A DNA stretch of 64,000 nt from an uncultured Candidatus Saccharibacteria bacterium. GTDB lineage: Bacteria; Patescibacteriota; Minisyncoccia; Minisyncoccales; JANBVM01. This document shows positions 31,501 through 38,811 of the stretch, one piece after another. The stretch spans positions 6,595 to 70,594 of the forward strand of contig CAYVDD010000001.1 of assembly GCA_964450805.1 (NCBI GenBank). Reading direction: 5' to 3'. A program made the position numbers and the translations under genes. Below the pieces are notes generated by a model. That model saw nothing but the letters and a program-made list of their open reading frames with translations. It had not been told where the DNA came from and searched no databases. Each line of letters begins with the position of its first letter. The stretch's first letter is position 1.

Positions 31501-32191
31501 CATATTTTTTGCTGAGTTTCGTAAAAATGCTTTCAAGAAATGGAAATGGGCAATGACAAATTTATATAATGATCTATCGCCAGAGAAATTCGATGATAAA
31601 AAATTTAAGAAAATACTGTTAGAAGTTATGGATAACTTACCACCAGATAAGAGATTTCCATTCGTAGTTCAGTTCGAACATTTGATAAGAAATTTAAATT
31701 ATAGTTTAAAAGATGCAGAAAGATTGTTTAAGATTGCTTATAAATACCTTAATCATCTTTCAAATAAATATAGCCACGAAGTTTTTCGAGTGATTTATAT
31801 GTCTATAAAAGAAGGAATGGAGAAAAAACGACATTTCTGTAAATGGTATGACCTGTATATTAAATGCTTAAAGAAAGAAAAGGAATTTTATGATAAGAAT
31901 TTTACAAAGAATAAAGCGACGGAGATGTCTTGGTGGCCATCTTACTATAACGAGGATATTTTATTGCTTGTATATCAGCAAGGCAGTAAGAAAGAGTTTT
32001 TAGATGCTTTTGATATTATTACCTCATTTCCTAAGGAATTGGAGATTCATGATTCTCCTAATATTGTTTCCTTACTGGGAAATTTCTCCAAGAAGAATAA
32101 ACGCGTCAAATCAATAGTTGAACGACTCTTCCAGAGAAATCAGATTAAATACTATGACTTGAGGAATGAATGGTTCGCTGACGACAAATAA
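28559..32191 (+). CDS. 1210-aa protein: Cap4/DUF4297-like PD-(D/E)xK nuclease N-terminus plus long alpha-helical (HEAT/ARM-like) repeat region
   Basis: N-terminus RGINYQQWAAIALFLQYL..IHLEAPKSQDFDLLF..KIICEAKD matches the G-x-x-YQ / E..D-x-D / E-x-K order of Cap4-type nucleases. The rest is helical with HEAT-like segments such as WYVKHMACFALSQLAQNR. It starts 4 nt after the CHAT stop. Confidence 0.5.
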   Translation: MNRGKYNIRGINYQQWAAIALFLQYLRFNDFESIHLEAPKSQDFDLLFKDRKIICEAKDWQGQFSTSHLLKILKNIRNRVTFAENDEILIVASNVSDRLINNIENYKYLRSFRQKLKPRFKNYSDAELELLPRIRFWQVSKNILENIVYALFSEAIGFWLPQDDLREKLKAILIDKFYEGSAVEKVYTKAEFLTNIQSISKKTVGKTTLFNDEFRSLDQQFSNLIQDIKGNKKPQWGDYDMSSLSAQPNKMFFVLERVKKEKFDLKEWERLWNVISLKPYYYSLFQIFENNLDNARNKEYIFQFIKANIGEIKRFYHTDFFDVDVVKIAKKILEGDKSNKFIKNAFEVVKKLISERRDDIFYLKTQRDSSWERGEIAKLLKEVYEKADPELKDKIYKLIVDTFNLVKDEGEFSHYTPREIFGILKAWLENDFEKRLPILTGVLSDQYDSSYKKFGKRLEFKGWEYMGGVTSFWGHRYSVSDRHFIGYTLEPVLREYYDKNKSKNRAWKFIIKHCISKTEEVSKKRPDFLNRAVIPIVLKRYESGGRETSREAFGILKEFILSRKGIPHKSDLIYQELRGKGSFPKEKKWKLVKVSIKKYDIPVNVFVEEIVSQLAKEGHQDAKKTMKEWLKNPKYYERFRSEINILQNIRAVLESDFAYAIGMFEEFISSKQFIHNYDSFETYEFAILLYDILKTEKGFARGLKILKRLSREKELSKNQQIILCFSLFNYRGNDESDDLRLLEKVYKEFVDSLLGDCNNDIKRICEKLSFSQAREALVQFAGRLAHHKKIKEALRIVEVFIDDPDPYLPNKDPEDPKNEYNEHKRIEEGKEPGTITSTRGWCAWVLMKCSVLSGRDYIPKIIALTAKLTKDKNWYVKHMACFALSQLAQNRLTVLPDNRDVLFFGDNKKTALKRAKRVEKVAFDLLEEIAKSSNNVQKALAKSILHVFDHLRALNKKDALKFVKILAKFPDEANAEAAPLFIFFAEFRKNAFKKWKWAMTNLYNDLSPEKFDDKKFKKILLEVMDNLPPDKRFPFVVQFEHLIRNLNYSLKDAERLFKIAYKYLNHLSNKYSHEVFRVIYMSIKEGMEKKRHFCKWYDLYIKCLKKEKEFYDKNFTKNKATEMSWWPSYYNEDILLLVYQQGSKKEFLDAFDIITSFPKELEIHDSPNIVSLLGNFSKKNKRVKSIVERLFQRNQIKYYDLRNEWFADDK

Positions 32192-32197
32192 TTTAAG

Positions 32198-32401
32198 ATG
32201 AAAAAGAAAGTAATCAAAAAATCTAAAAAATGGAAACCTAAAAGAAAGTGGATTGAGTCGATAACCATTAACATGAAAACTGGGAAGTCAAAATATAAAT
32301 ATTTTACCCCAAAAACTCAAAAGGAGGAGGAAAAATTAGAAGCTGAATTTGATGAAAAAATGAAACAGGTTTTCAAAATCCTTTTCCCTCACGGAATTTA
32401 A
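32198..32401 (+). CDS. Small basic hypothetical protein
   Basis: 67 aa and Lys-rich. It lies 6 nt after the 1210-aa gene and 1 nt before the next gene. Confidence 0.4.
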   Translation: MKKKVIKKSKKWKPKRKWIESITINMKTGKSKYKYFTPKTQKEEEKLEAEFDEKMKQVFKILFPHGI

Positions 32402-32402
32402 T

Positions 32403-32882
32403 ATGGTAAAAGAAATTAAAAAACTGAAAATAGATTTTTTATACTTAGATTTATCAACTTGCGATAGATGTCGGGTAACCGACGAAGTGCTTGACGATGC
32501 TTTAGGTGAGTTGAGAGAAGAAATAAGAGACGTAAAAGAGATAACGATAAATAAAATTAAGATAACCAGTGATGAGGAAGCGAAAAGATGCGATTTTGTT
32601 AGGTCGCCTACAATAAGGATAAACGGCGTTGATATTGAAAAGATTTTATCTGGGAGATTGGAAATAAAAGACAATTACTGTAAGTCATGTGCAAGCGTTT
32701 GCGACGAAACCTGTTCAGAATCTACTGGTGGCGGGACTCAGTGCAGGACTGTTGAATATAAAGGCAAGACATACGAGGCAGTTCCCAAAGAAATGATAAA
32801 AGATGCGATAAAGAAAGTGCTGGGAATAAAAATAAAAAAAGAACCCAAAAGGAATAGGGTAGAAAGTTCATGTTGTGGGTAG
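32403..32882 (+). CDS. DUF2703-like thioredoxin-fold protein with Cys-rich tail
   Basis: LYLDLSTCDRCRVTDEVLDDAL...VRSPTIRINGVDIE. Confidence 0.45.
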   Translation: MVKEIKKLKIDFLYLDLSTCDRCRVTDEVLDDALGELREEIRDVKEITINKIKITSDEEAKRCDFVRSPTIRINGVDIEKILSGRLEIKDNYCKSCASVCDETCSESTGGGTQCRTVEYKGKTYEAVPKEMIKDAIKKVLGIKIKKEPKRNRVESSCCG

Positions 32883-32902
32883 ATTTAAGCTAAACACTCA
32901 TT

Positions 32903-32965
32903 AAACAGGTTCGGATGGCGTTTAGTTGGGGGAGCTGCTATCCCGAGCCAAGAGCTCGGGTTTTT
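32903..32965 (+). repeat. Junction element copy 1 (F)
   Basis: aaacaGGTTCGgatggcg..ggGGAGCT, then the hairpin cccgagccaagagctcggg (32942-32960) and ttttt. It is followed by TTGACA (32981-32986), 17 nt, then CATAAT (33004-33009). Confidence 0.7.
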
Positions 32966-33030
32966 GGTATAAACCATTACTTGACATTCCCAAAATCCTA
33001 ATTCATAATATATAACAGGTGGTTTAAAAA

Positions 33031-33261
33031 ATGAATGGAAAAGAAACCGTAAAACTTCGCTTAAAGAAAAAAAAGACTCTTATTAATTTTGAACCAGAGG
33101 GCGAGGAGAGATCTATTGTTTGGGAGATTGAAGAAGAATTAATCCCGTTTTCAGAAGGAGAAAGGTTATGGTGGCCCAATGGTCCTTTTAAAATTAAAGA
33201 AAGATACTGGAGTCTCAGAAGTGGGGTTTTGACATTAGTTTGCAACGTAAAAAGAGCCTAA
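33031..33261 (+). CDS. Hypothetical small protein
   Basis: An AGGTGG Shine-Dalgarno lies 10 nt upstream. The terminator hairpin actgacta-ttaa-tagtcagt lies at 33352-33380. Confidence 0.5.
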   Translation: MNGKETVKLRLKKKKTLINFEPEGEERSIVWEIEEELIPFSEGERLWWPNGPFKIKERYWSLRSGVLTLVCNVKRA

Positions 33262-33467
33262 TTAAATCTTATTTCCTTTCTTTTTTTAAGTCCTTTAAGA
33301 ATTAGAGGATTTAAATAAAGAAGATATTCTTAAGGAAATAGAAAAAATGAGACTGACTATTAATAGTCAGTTTTCGTTTTACATAAAAGAACTTTGAAAG
33401 TTATATAGGTATAAGTGCTGACAAAGTATATTTTAAAAAATTTACAATATTGCTATACTTTTAATAT

Positions 33468-33914
33468 ATGAGACTATGTAGTGCTTGTTTATTAGGAATA
33501 AAATGTGCTTGGGATGGAAAAGATAGGTATAAAAACGAAAAGGTAATAAATCTTTCTAAAAAAGAAATTATTATTCCCGTGTGTCCTGAGCAGCTGGGTG
33601 GATTACCGACACCAAGAAACCCCCAAGAAATTCAAGGTTATTCAGGGGAAAAGGTTTTAGATAAAAAGTGCAAGGTAGTAAATAAAGAGGGCGGGGATGT
33701 TACAAAGCAGTTTATCCAGGGAGCTCAAGAAGCATTGAGAATTGCAAAGATGCTCAATATTAAAGAGTTCATCGCAAAACAGAAAAGTCCTTCCTGTGGT
33801 TGTGGTAAGACATATGATGGGACTTTTTCTGGCGCATTAATTGAAGGAGACGGCGTGACAGCCGCTTTATTAAAAAGAAATGGAATAGAAGTCATTAGTG
33901 AAGAAAGTTTATGA
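33468..33914 (+). CDS. DUF523 family protein (TudS-like Fe-S desulfidase family)
   Basis: CSACLLGIKCAWDG, PVCPEQLGGLPTPRNP and KSPSCGCG. The extended -10 TGcTATACT (33451-33459) lies 8 nt before the ATG, suggesting a leaderless mRNA. Confidence 0.65.
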   Translation: MRLCSACLLGIKCAWDGKDRYKNEKVINLSKKEIIIPVCPEQLGGLPTPRNPQEIQGYSGEKVLDKKCKVVNKEGGDVTKQFIQGAQEALRIAKMLNIKEFIAKQKSPSCGCGKTYDGTFSGALIEGDGVTAALLKRNGIEVISEESL

Positions 33915-33968
33915 TTTGATTTTTTTATGGTTGATAAAAAAAAGCACAATAAAGCGCTTAGATTGATC

Positions 33969-34448
33969 TCAGTCCAGTCTGATTCTGTGAGGGACACCCG
34001 CGACCCAGATTTCAAGTTCATCGCTGCAAGAGTTTTGTATGTGATTTGATTCTTTGCATTTACTGCAATCTCTTTTGTGTTCACCGAGCTGGACCATACC
34101 GTGGCGTCCTATCCACGGATTAGCTGTAATATCTTTTCCCGTGTGTATTAATTCAGTTATGACTTTATCTGGAATTATTTTTTTACTCATTTGGCTGCAT
34201 ACCTGTTGGCATTTGTCGCATTCGTTCACAATAGAACAATAACCAAAGTTATGTTTTCCTATTAGCAGTAGACCATCTAGAGTTTTAAAAAAAGAAAGTA
34301 TTTTCTCTATGGTCGTTTCTTTTCTATGTATAAAGTCATAAGGATTTCTTTCTAAACCTTCTAATGATTCCATTTCTTTCATATTATCCACCTCAATTTT
34401 TATTTTAGCTATCTTAGGCATATCACCTTTTGGTTTTTTTGTCAACAA
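33969..34448 (-). CDS. Cys/His-rich hypothetical protein (only antisense gene in the array)
   Basis: 159-aa ORF with CDKCQQVC and CSKCKESNH clusters. The tracked start is a TTG, so the true start may be an internal Met. Confidence 0.4.
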   Translation of the reverse strand: MLTKKPKGDMPKIAKIKIEVDNMKEMESLEGLERNPYDFIHRKETTIEKILSFFKTLDGLLLIGKHNFGYCSIVNECDKCQQVCSQMSKKIIPDKVITELIHTGKDITANPWIGRHGMVQLGEHKRDCSKCKESNHIQNSCSDELEIWVAGVPHRIRLD

Positions 34449-34473
34449 ACAAATAGAGTCAACTCTTCAAATT

Positions 34474-34558
34474 TTTCTCTAATTTTCGTCCAATCTATAG
34501 TTCTGAACGCGTCCAACAGGGGGAGTTAGCTTAGCCCGAGCCAAGAGCTCGGGTTTTT
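34474..34558 (+). repeat. Junction element copy 2 (A)
   Basis: tttctctaattttcgtccaatctatAGTTCTgaacgCGTCCaacaggGGGAGTT, then the hairpin cccgagccaagagctcggg (34535-34553) and ttttt. It is followed by TTGACA (34569-34574), 16 nt, then CATAAT (34591-34596). Confidence 0.75.
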
Positions 34559-34602
34559 AGTTGTAGGCTTGACAAAATTTTCATAGTGTGCATAATTAGA
34601 AT

Positions 34603-34700
34603 AGATGATACTAGAACCCACCATAATAGAGGTGGAGCGCTGGTGAACAAAAGCCTGGGGGCACAACAAAAAAACAATGACCTCCCGGGCTCTTTTTTTT
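34603..34700 (+). ncRNA. Candidate small RNA (promoter-to-terminator unit without convincing ORF)
   Basis: It begins just after the 34569-34596 promoter. It has an internal hairpin ccacc-ataataga-ggtgg and a terminal stem gcctggggg/ctcccgggc followed by tctttttttt. The only ORF is 13 codons. Confidence 0.3.
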
Positions 34701-34827
34701 CAAATTCATAATTTCATATTGTGAGCTTGAAAAAGCCCGAAACTCCGCTAAGCGGGGTTTTTGTTTTGACTTTTTAATTAAAGCTAGTAATGTAAAAATA
34801 GTTAAGAAAATGAGGTGGTTCTTTTAA

Positions 34828-35220
34828 GTGAAGAAAACAGCAAAAACAAAAGACTTTTTAAGAGGATATTCCAAAAGAGATATTACTATTCGTTTTGATC
34901 CTGACAATTTAGAATTACTCCCGTGTCATTGTAAATATGATCCTGATCTTTCAACGAAAGAAAGAAATAAAGAAATAAATAAAGTAATGCTTCTGAAAGA
35001 GGTAGAGATACAGAATAAAGATGGTTCTTGGAGCCCTTACCCCAGTATTACTTGGTTGATGGAGGTAGAAGATGAAGACCAATTTTTAACAAAAGCATTA
35101 GTGAGGTTGACTGGAGAAAAAGAAATTACTGTTGTTTCTTCTTCTAACTGGGGACCAGATTCAGTACTTATGGATGCAGCCAGAGAGGTAGGTATATATA
35201 CAGAGACTATAGAAGCTTAG
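34828..35220 (+). CDS. Hypothetical protein
   Basis: GTG start with a GAGGTGG Shine-Dalgarno upstream. 130 aa, with its own terminator at 35244-35273. Confidence 0.5.
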   Translation: MKKTAKTKDFLRGYSKRDITIRFDPDNLELLPCHCKYDPDLSTKERNKEINKVMLLKEVEIQNKDGSWSPYPSITWLMEVEDEDQFLTKALVRLTGEKEITVVSSSNWGPDSVLMDAAREVGIYTETIEA

Positions 35221-35266
35221 AAGATAATATAGAGTTCTTTATTAGTGGTTTGAAATATAAGCCACT

Positions 35267-35402
35267 TTTTTTATTCTAAAGCCTCAATTAAATAGGTTCT
35301 AACATCGTCCGTCCCTCGGAACTAATTGTATAAAATTGCATATAATTGGATGTAATTGTATAGGGAAATTTATCAAGGCTCGAGTGGCAGCTCGGGTTTT
35401 TG
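35267..35402 (+). repeat. Junction element copy 3 (G, with internal insertion)
   Basis: ttattctaaagcctcaattaaataGGTTCTaacatCGTCCgtccctCGGA, then a ~55 nt AT-rich insert with aattgta repeats, then the hairpin ctcgag-tggcag-ctcggg (35379-35396) and a T-run. TTGACA follows at 35405-35410. Confidence 0.7.
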
Positions 35403-35472
35403 ATTTGACAAAAAAAAGAGTTGAAGTAAGATTAGCTATTAACAATAACAAAATAATGGAGAGTGTAGTTAT

Positions 35473-35784
35473 TTGCCTGTAAGAGTAAATAAAAGAGATA
35501 TAAATTGGGCTATTGTGATTATTGACCCTGAAGACGAAGATTCTAAGTTTGTTTTGGATAAACTAAAGGAGATAGGTATTAAATTTTCAATAGTAAGACT
35601 TGGACCTAAGCAGCATGGCTATAATGTAGAGCTTAGTCTTTTTGCCGAAGTTGGGGACTTTACGGAATTCTCAACTCACCTAAGGCCTCCTATCTTCGTA
35701 GTAGAACATTCATATTTCCCAGGCAAGGCTCCAAAAATCAGAATTTTCCAAGGGAAGATTCCTATAAGCCACGCTTTTGTTTAA
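35473..35784 (+). CDS. Hypothetical protein
   Basis: TTG start 9 nt after GGAGAG. 103 aa, with a terminator-like hairpin at 35817-35850. Confidence 0.4.
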   Translation: MPVRVNKRDINWAIVIIDPEDEDSKFVLDKLKEIGIKFSIVRLGPKQHGYNVELSLFAEVGDFTEFSTHLRPPIFVVEHSYFPGKAPKIRIFQGKIPISHAFV

Positions 35785-35866
35785 AAGAATTCAGATATTA
35801 AAATCATTATCCAATAAGCTGAGAGGACTATTCATCTCGGCTATTTTTTATTCCAGAGTTCTCACT

Positions 35867-35929
35867 AAACAGGTTCTAACATCGTCCGTCCCTCGGAGCC
35901 GCCAGCCCCGAGCCAAGAGCTCGGGTTTT
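35867..35929 (+). repeat. Junction element copy 4 (H)
   Basis: aaacaGGTTCTaacatCGTCCgtccctCGGAGCc, then the hairpin cccgagccaagagctcggg (35907-35925) and tttt. Promoters follow: TTGCTA-16-TATAAT (35951-35978) and TTGCCA-17-TATAAT (36017-36045). Confidence 0.75.
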
Positions 35930-36048
35930 GATTATAAACTAACATTTTCTTTGCTAGCACTAAGCTCCTGCCTATAATACTGTTTACGAAGCGGAAAAAA
36001 AATAAGGTTGTGGAATTTGCCAAGAGGCTAATTTTTTAGTATAATTCA

Positions 36049-36462
36049 TTGGTGAAACATAAGAAACAAAAAGAAATTCTCTCCTATATTTTGTCCCTTA
36101 AAGAAAGGGCAGAGAATTTACGTGAAGAACTTGATAGTTGGGAAGTGAAGCCTAAGATAAATAAGCGAATAAAGAGCGTAGACGGTAATTCAAAAGCTCT
36201 ACGAATAATAACCAAAATAGGTTCAAAGATAGAATTGACGGAAAGAGAAAAAAAACGATTAACAAGATTGATCAAGCGTAGACTAAGTTCACTTAAGAGA
36301 CATTTTCTATCTGTTTACAAATTAGTTCAAAAGAACCCTACTAAGATATGGAATAAAAGAATTAGAATTACTGAAAGAGAATTAGAAGAACGCATAGCTA
36401 TTTATGAAAATATTCTTCCATTAATATTTAGAAAAAAGTCTAAGACTTCAAAGAAGAAATAA
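36049..36462 (+). CDS. Lys/Arg-rich coiled-coil hypothetical protein
   Basis: 137-aa ORF starting at TTG/GTG. No recognisable domain. Confidence 0.4.
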   Translation: MVKHKKQKEILSYILSLKERAENLREELDSWEVKPKINKRIKSVDGNSKALRIITKIGSKIELTEREKKRLTRLIKRRLSSLKRHFLSVYKLVQKNPTKIWNKRIRITERELEERIAIYENILPLIFRKKSKTSKKK

Positions 36463-36480
36463 ATTTTTTAGCTTGGAAAG

Positions 36481-36583
36481 GCCCAAGACTTTCTCTAATT
36501 TCACCCCAATCAATGGTTCTGAAAGCGTCCAATAAAGGGAGCTCAGAAAAAAAATCGCCAGTATGGCGGTTTTTTGTTAGAAT
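36481..36583 (+). repeat. Junction element copy 5 (B)
   Basis: agactttctctaatttcaccccaatcaatGGTTCTgaaagCGTCCaataaaGGGAGCTc, then the hairpin aaaatcgcca-gta-tggcggtttt and the extended -10 TGtTAGAAT (36575-36583). Confidence 0.75.
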
Positions 36584-36589
36584 AGCAAT

Positions 36590-37231
36590 ATGAATAAGTT
36601 TAAATTAGTTTGTTTTGACGTAGACGGAACCTTGGTTGAGGGAATCTCTTGGGTTTGGTTAACTAAGGGCTTAGGTTGTTCGTCAGAGAAACATATTGAT
36701 ATTTTTAATCGTGCCACAAGAGGAGAAATTTCTTTTACTAAAGGTGAAAGAATGTTGACTAAAATGTACAAAGAGAGCGGTAACGCTACAATGAAATTTA
36801 TAAGAAAACTCTTTTCTGAAATTAAATTAAGGCCTGAAGCCAAAGAAATAATTTCATATCTGAAGAAGAAAAATTATAAGGTCTATCTTATTTCAGGAGC
36901 GATTGATATTTATATAGAAGAAATGGCTAAAAAGTTAAAAGTAGACGGGTTTTATGCTAACTCATCTTTGGAGTTTACCGAAGACGGCGTTCTTGAAAAA
37001 ATTTACTATAGAGATAACCAAGGAGAAGTAAAATTAGAACAGCTAACAAGCTTAATAAGAAAAATTGGAATAAAAATGAATGAAGTTGTCTTTATTGGGG
37101 ATAGCGATAACGATATAGAAGTTTTTAAAGAAACAGGGCATGGAGTTGCTGTTGAGCCTTCAAGTAAGAAGTTAAAAAGCATAGCTTGGAAAATAATAGA
37201 TTCATTAGAACAAATTAAAGAAATTTTATAA
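36590..37231 (+). CDS. HAD-superfamily hydrolase, subfamily IB (phosphoserine-phosphatase-like)
   Basis: Motif I CFDVDGTL, motif II LISGA, and motif IV GDSDNDIEVF. The ATG lies 6 nt after the -10, suggesting a leaderless mRNA. Confidence 0.7.
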   Translation: MNKFKLVCFDVDGTLVEGISWVWLTKGLGCSSEKHIDIFNRATRGEISFTKGERMLTKMYKESGNATMKFIRKLFSEIKLRPEAKEIISYLKKKNYKVYLISGAIDIYIEEMAKKLKVDGFYANSSLEFTEDGVLEKIYYRDNQGEVKLEQLTSLIRKIGIKMNEVVFIGDSDNDIEVFKETGHGVAVEPSSKKLKSIAWKIIDSLEQIKEIL

Positions 37232-37277
37232 AAACAATCAGATTCTTAATAAAATTGCCCTCTGGGTCTAATCTTTA

Positions 37278-37421
37278 GGTTCTATAAATCCTCTTAATCT
37301 CCACTAATTTCTCCGTCATCATCCCCATATACTCCCTATTTTCAAGCACCTCTATAACTTTTCTAATAATTGTTGAACTGGGGAGTTCTTGAAGTCTGAG
37401 ATTATTTCTCGGATTTTGACT
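37278..37421 (+). repeat. Junction element copy 6 (E, divergent long form)
   Basis: aGGTTCTataaatcc...ctGGGGAGTTCttgaag, then the hairpin tctgaga-ttattt-tctcgga and tttTGACT (37416-37421). Confidence 0.55.
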
Positions 37422-37451
37422 TTTTAATTATTTTAGATAATATAAAAAATT

Positions 37452-38012
37452 ATGATTAAAGTAGGAATAATAGGTCCGACAAATCTCCCAAAGTTGAGTA
37501 AATTAACGAATAAATCTAAAGATTTTCTACTAAAAAAAGCTCAAACCATCGGAAAGATTCTTGTTGAGAAAGATTGTGAACTCTGGATTAACAGTGATAA
37601 AGGAATGCTTGTAGCTGTTGGTAGGGCATATAAGAAATTTGGCGGAAAGAAACTTATTGTTTTGTATCCAGATAAGGGAGAACCTTGGCCAAAGAAGCAC
37701 GCACTGCCATATATAAAGTATGCCGATGAACTTAGAAAAGAAAAGGATTGGTTTTGGTCTAATTATAATGTTACAGCATTACCTGATTTATGTGTCTGTG
37801 TTGGCCTTAGTGCAGGTACTTTAAGTGAATTAGCCTATATTAAATGGAATTACACATTGAATCGTGGCAAGCTAAAGAAATTAATTGGAATCAAAGAACT
37901 TCTTAGAGATGGTAAATTTCCACCAGAGGTAGAGGTTGATATAAAGGAAATTATCCAGTATATGGAGAGAACAGAGGATTTAGGAGATTTTCTAGAGAAA
38001 TTTAAAGAGTAA
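37452..38012 (+). CDS. SLOG/LOG-like (TIGR00725-type) Rossmann-fold protein
   Basis: VGIIGPTN, GMLVAVGRAYKKFGGKKLIVLYP and CVGLSAGTLSELAYI resemble the GGxGTxxE-type SLOG pattern. Confidence 0.4.
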   Translation: MIKVGIIGPTNLPKLSKLTNKSKDFLLKKAQTIGKILVEKDCELWINSDKGMLVAVGRAYKKFGGKKLIVLYPDKGEPWPKKHALPYIKYADELRKEKDWFWSNYNVTALPDLCVCVGLSAGTLSELAYIKWNYTLNRGKLKKLIGIKELLRDGKFPPEVEVDIKEIIQYMERTEDLGDFLEKFKE

Positions 38013-38028
38013 TTCTATTTAAATAAAC

Positions 38029-38135
38029 ATTTTATTCATTTGAGTCTTTCAAGGAATTGAAAGACTCAAATGAGGAAGTAAGAAAAATACATCAAAAAAT
38101 GTCTATTAATCTATATAGGCAGTTTTTTGTTAGCA
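38029..38135 (+). repeat. ~105 bp direct repeat R1, copy 1
   Basis: It contains the perfect hairpin tttgagtctttcaa-ggaa-ttgaaagactcaaa, then tgaggaagtaagaaaaatacatcaaaaaatgtct...ataggcagttttttgtta. It is near-identical to 40490-40592. Confidence 0.85.
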
Positions 38136-38240
38136 TTAAAAACCCGACGAAATTGGGTTTTTAATTTTTACCTTGACTTTTCTGGAAAACTTTATAAGCT
38201 AATTTCAGAAAACATTTAAAATTAAGAGTGAGAGAATGAA

Positions 38241-38747
38241 ATGAAATTAAAAGAAAGAATTAATGAGACTATCAAAATAATCTCTGCGAAAAAAAATATT
38301 GGTTCTAAAATGGATAAAATCAGTAAATTATTCCTGGAAGCAGAAAATAAATCATTAATAGATTTTAAAGAAGCAGTGAAAAAAAAGGGGAGAGAATGGG
38401 ACGGTGAGGTTCTAGTTACCCATTCTTATAATGAACAAGACGGTTTAGGCTGGATAGATCTTGAAAAAGTAACTGTTAACGAAAAAGAAATTGAGATCTC
38501 AATAGAATATTCAAAATTTACGGAGATGTTGAGCGAATTGGAAAATATAAAAATAATTTTTTCTAAGGATGAAATCTTAGAAAAGATTATTTATGAATTG
38601 AGTCAGACATTTGACTTCGAAGAGAAGAAAATTATATTACTGAAAGCAGAAATAATTTTTTCAAACGGTGTTATAATTAATGTAGAAACAGAACAAGAGT
38701 TAAGTGCGGAGAATATTATAATTGTCTACCACAAGAAGTTAAGTTAA
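38241..38747 (+). CDS. Hypothetical protein
   Basis: 168-aa ORF with the terminator gccttg...caaggc plus a T-run at 38779-38811. Confidence 0.45.
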   Translation: MKLKERINETIKIISAKKNIGSKMDKISKLFLEAENKSLIDFKEAVKKKGREWDGEVLVTHSYNEQDGLGWIDLEKVTVNEKEIEISIEYSKFTEMLSELENIKIIFSKDEILEKIIYELSQTFDFEEKKIILLKAEIIFSNGVIINVETEQELSAENIIIVYHKKLS

Positions 38748-38811
38748 AATCGTATATATACACATGTATATAACTACAGCCTTGATCTAATTAAAAACAA
38801 GGCATTTTTTT

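Noticed and set aside
35295-35320. Junction core as a tRNA 3' fragment (GGTTCTAAC resembles a T-loop)
   Set aside because: The bases after the putative T-loop do not pair with those before it, so there is no T-stem. The spacing to the CGGAGC end is too long. The resemblance to tRNA-Asn is kept only as a low-confidence note.
32942-35925. CRISPR array suggested by three identical 19-nt palindromic repeats (cccgagccaagagctcggg)
   Set aside because: The copies are 1.3-1.6 kb apart with full genes between them. Each is followed by a T-run and a promoter. No cas genes are present, and no regular 30-40 nt spacers.
35777-35977. Tracked ORFs spanning repeats and terminators (35777-35977+, 40412-40597+, 36577-36843-, 23635-23937+, 32336-32674-)
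   Set aside because: They run through junction elements, the R1 repeat or terminator hairpins, or lie antisense to better-supported genes. They have no SD or promoter and have low-complexity composition.
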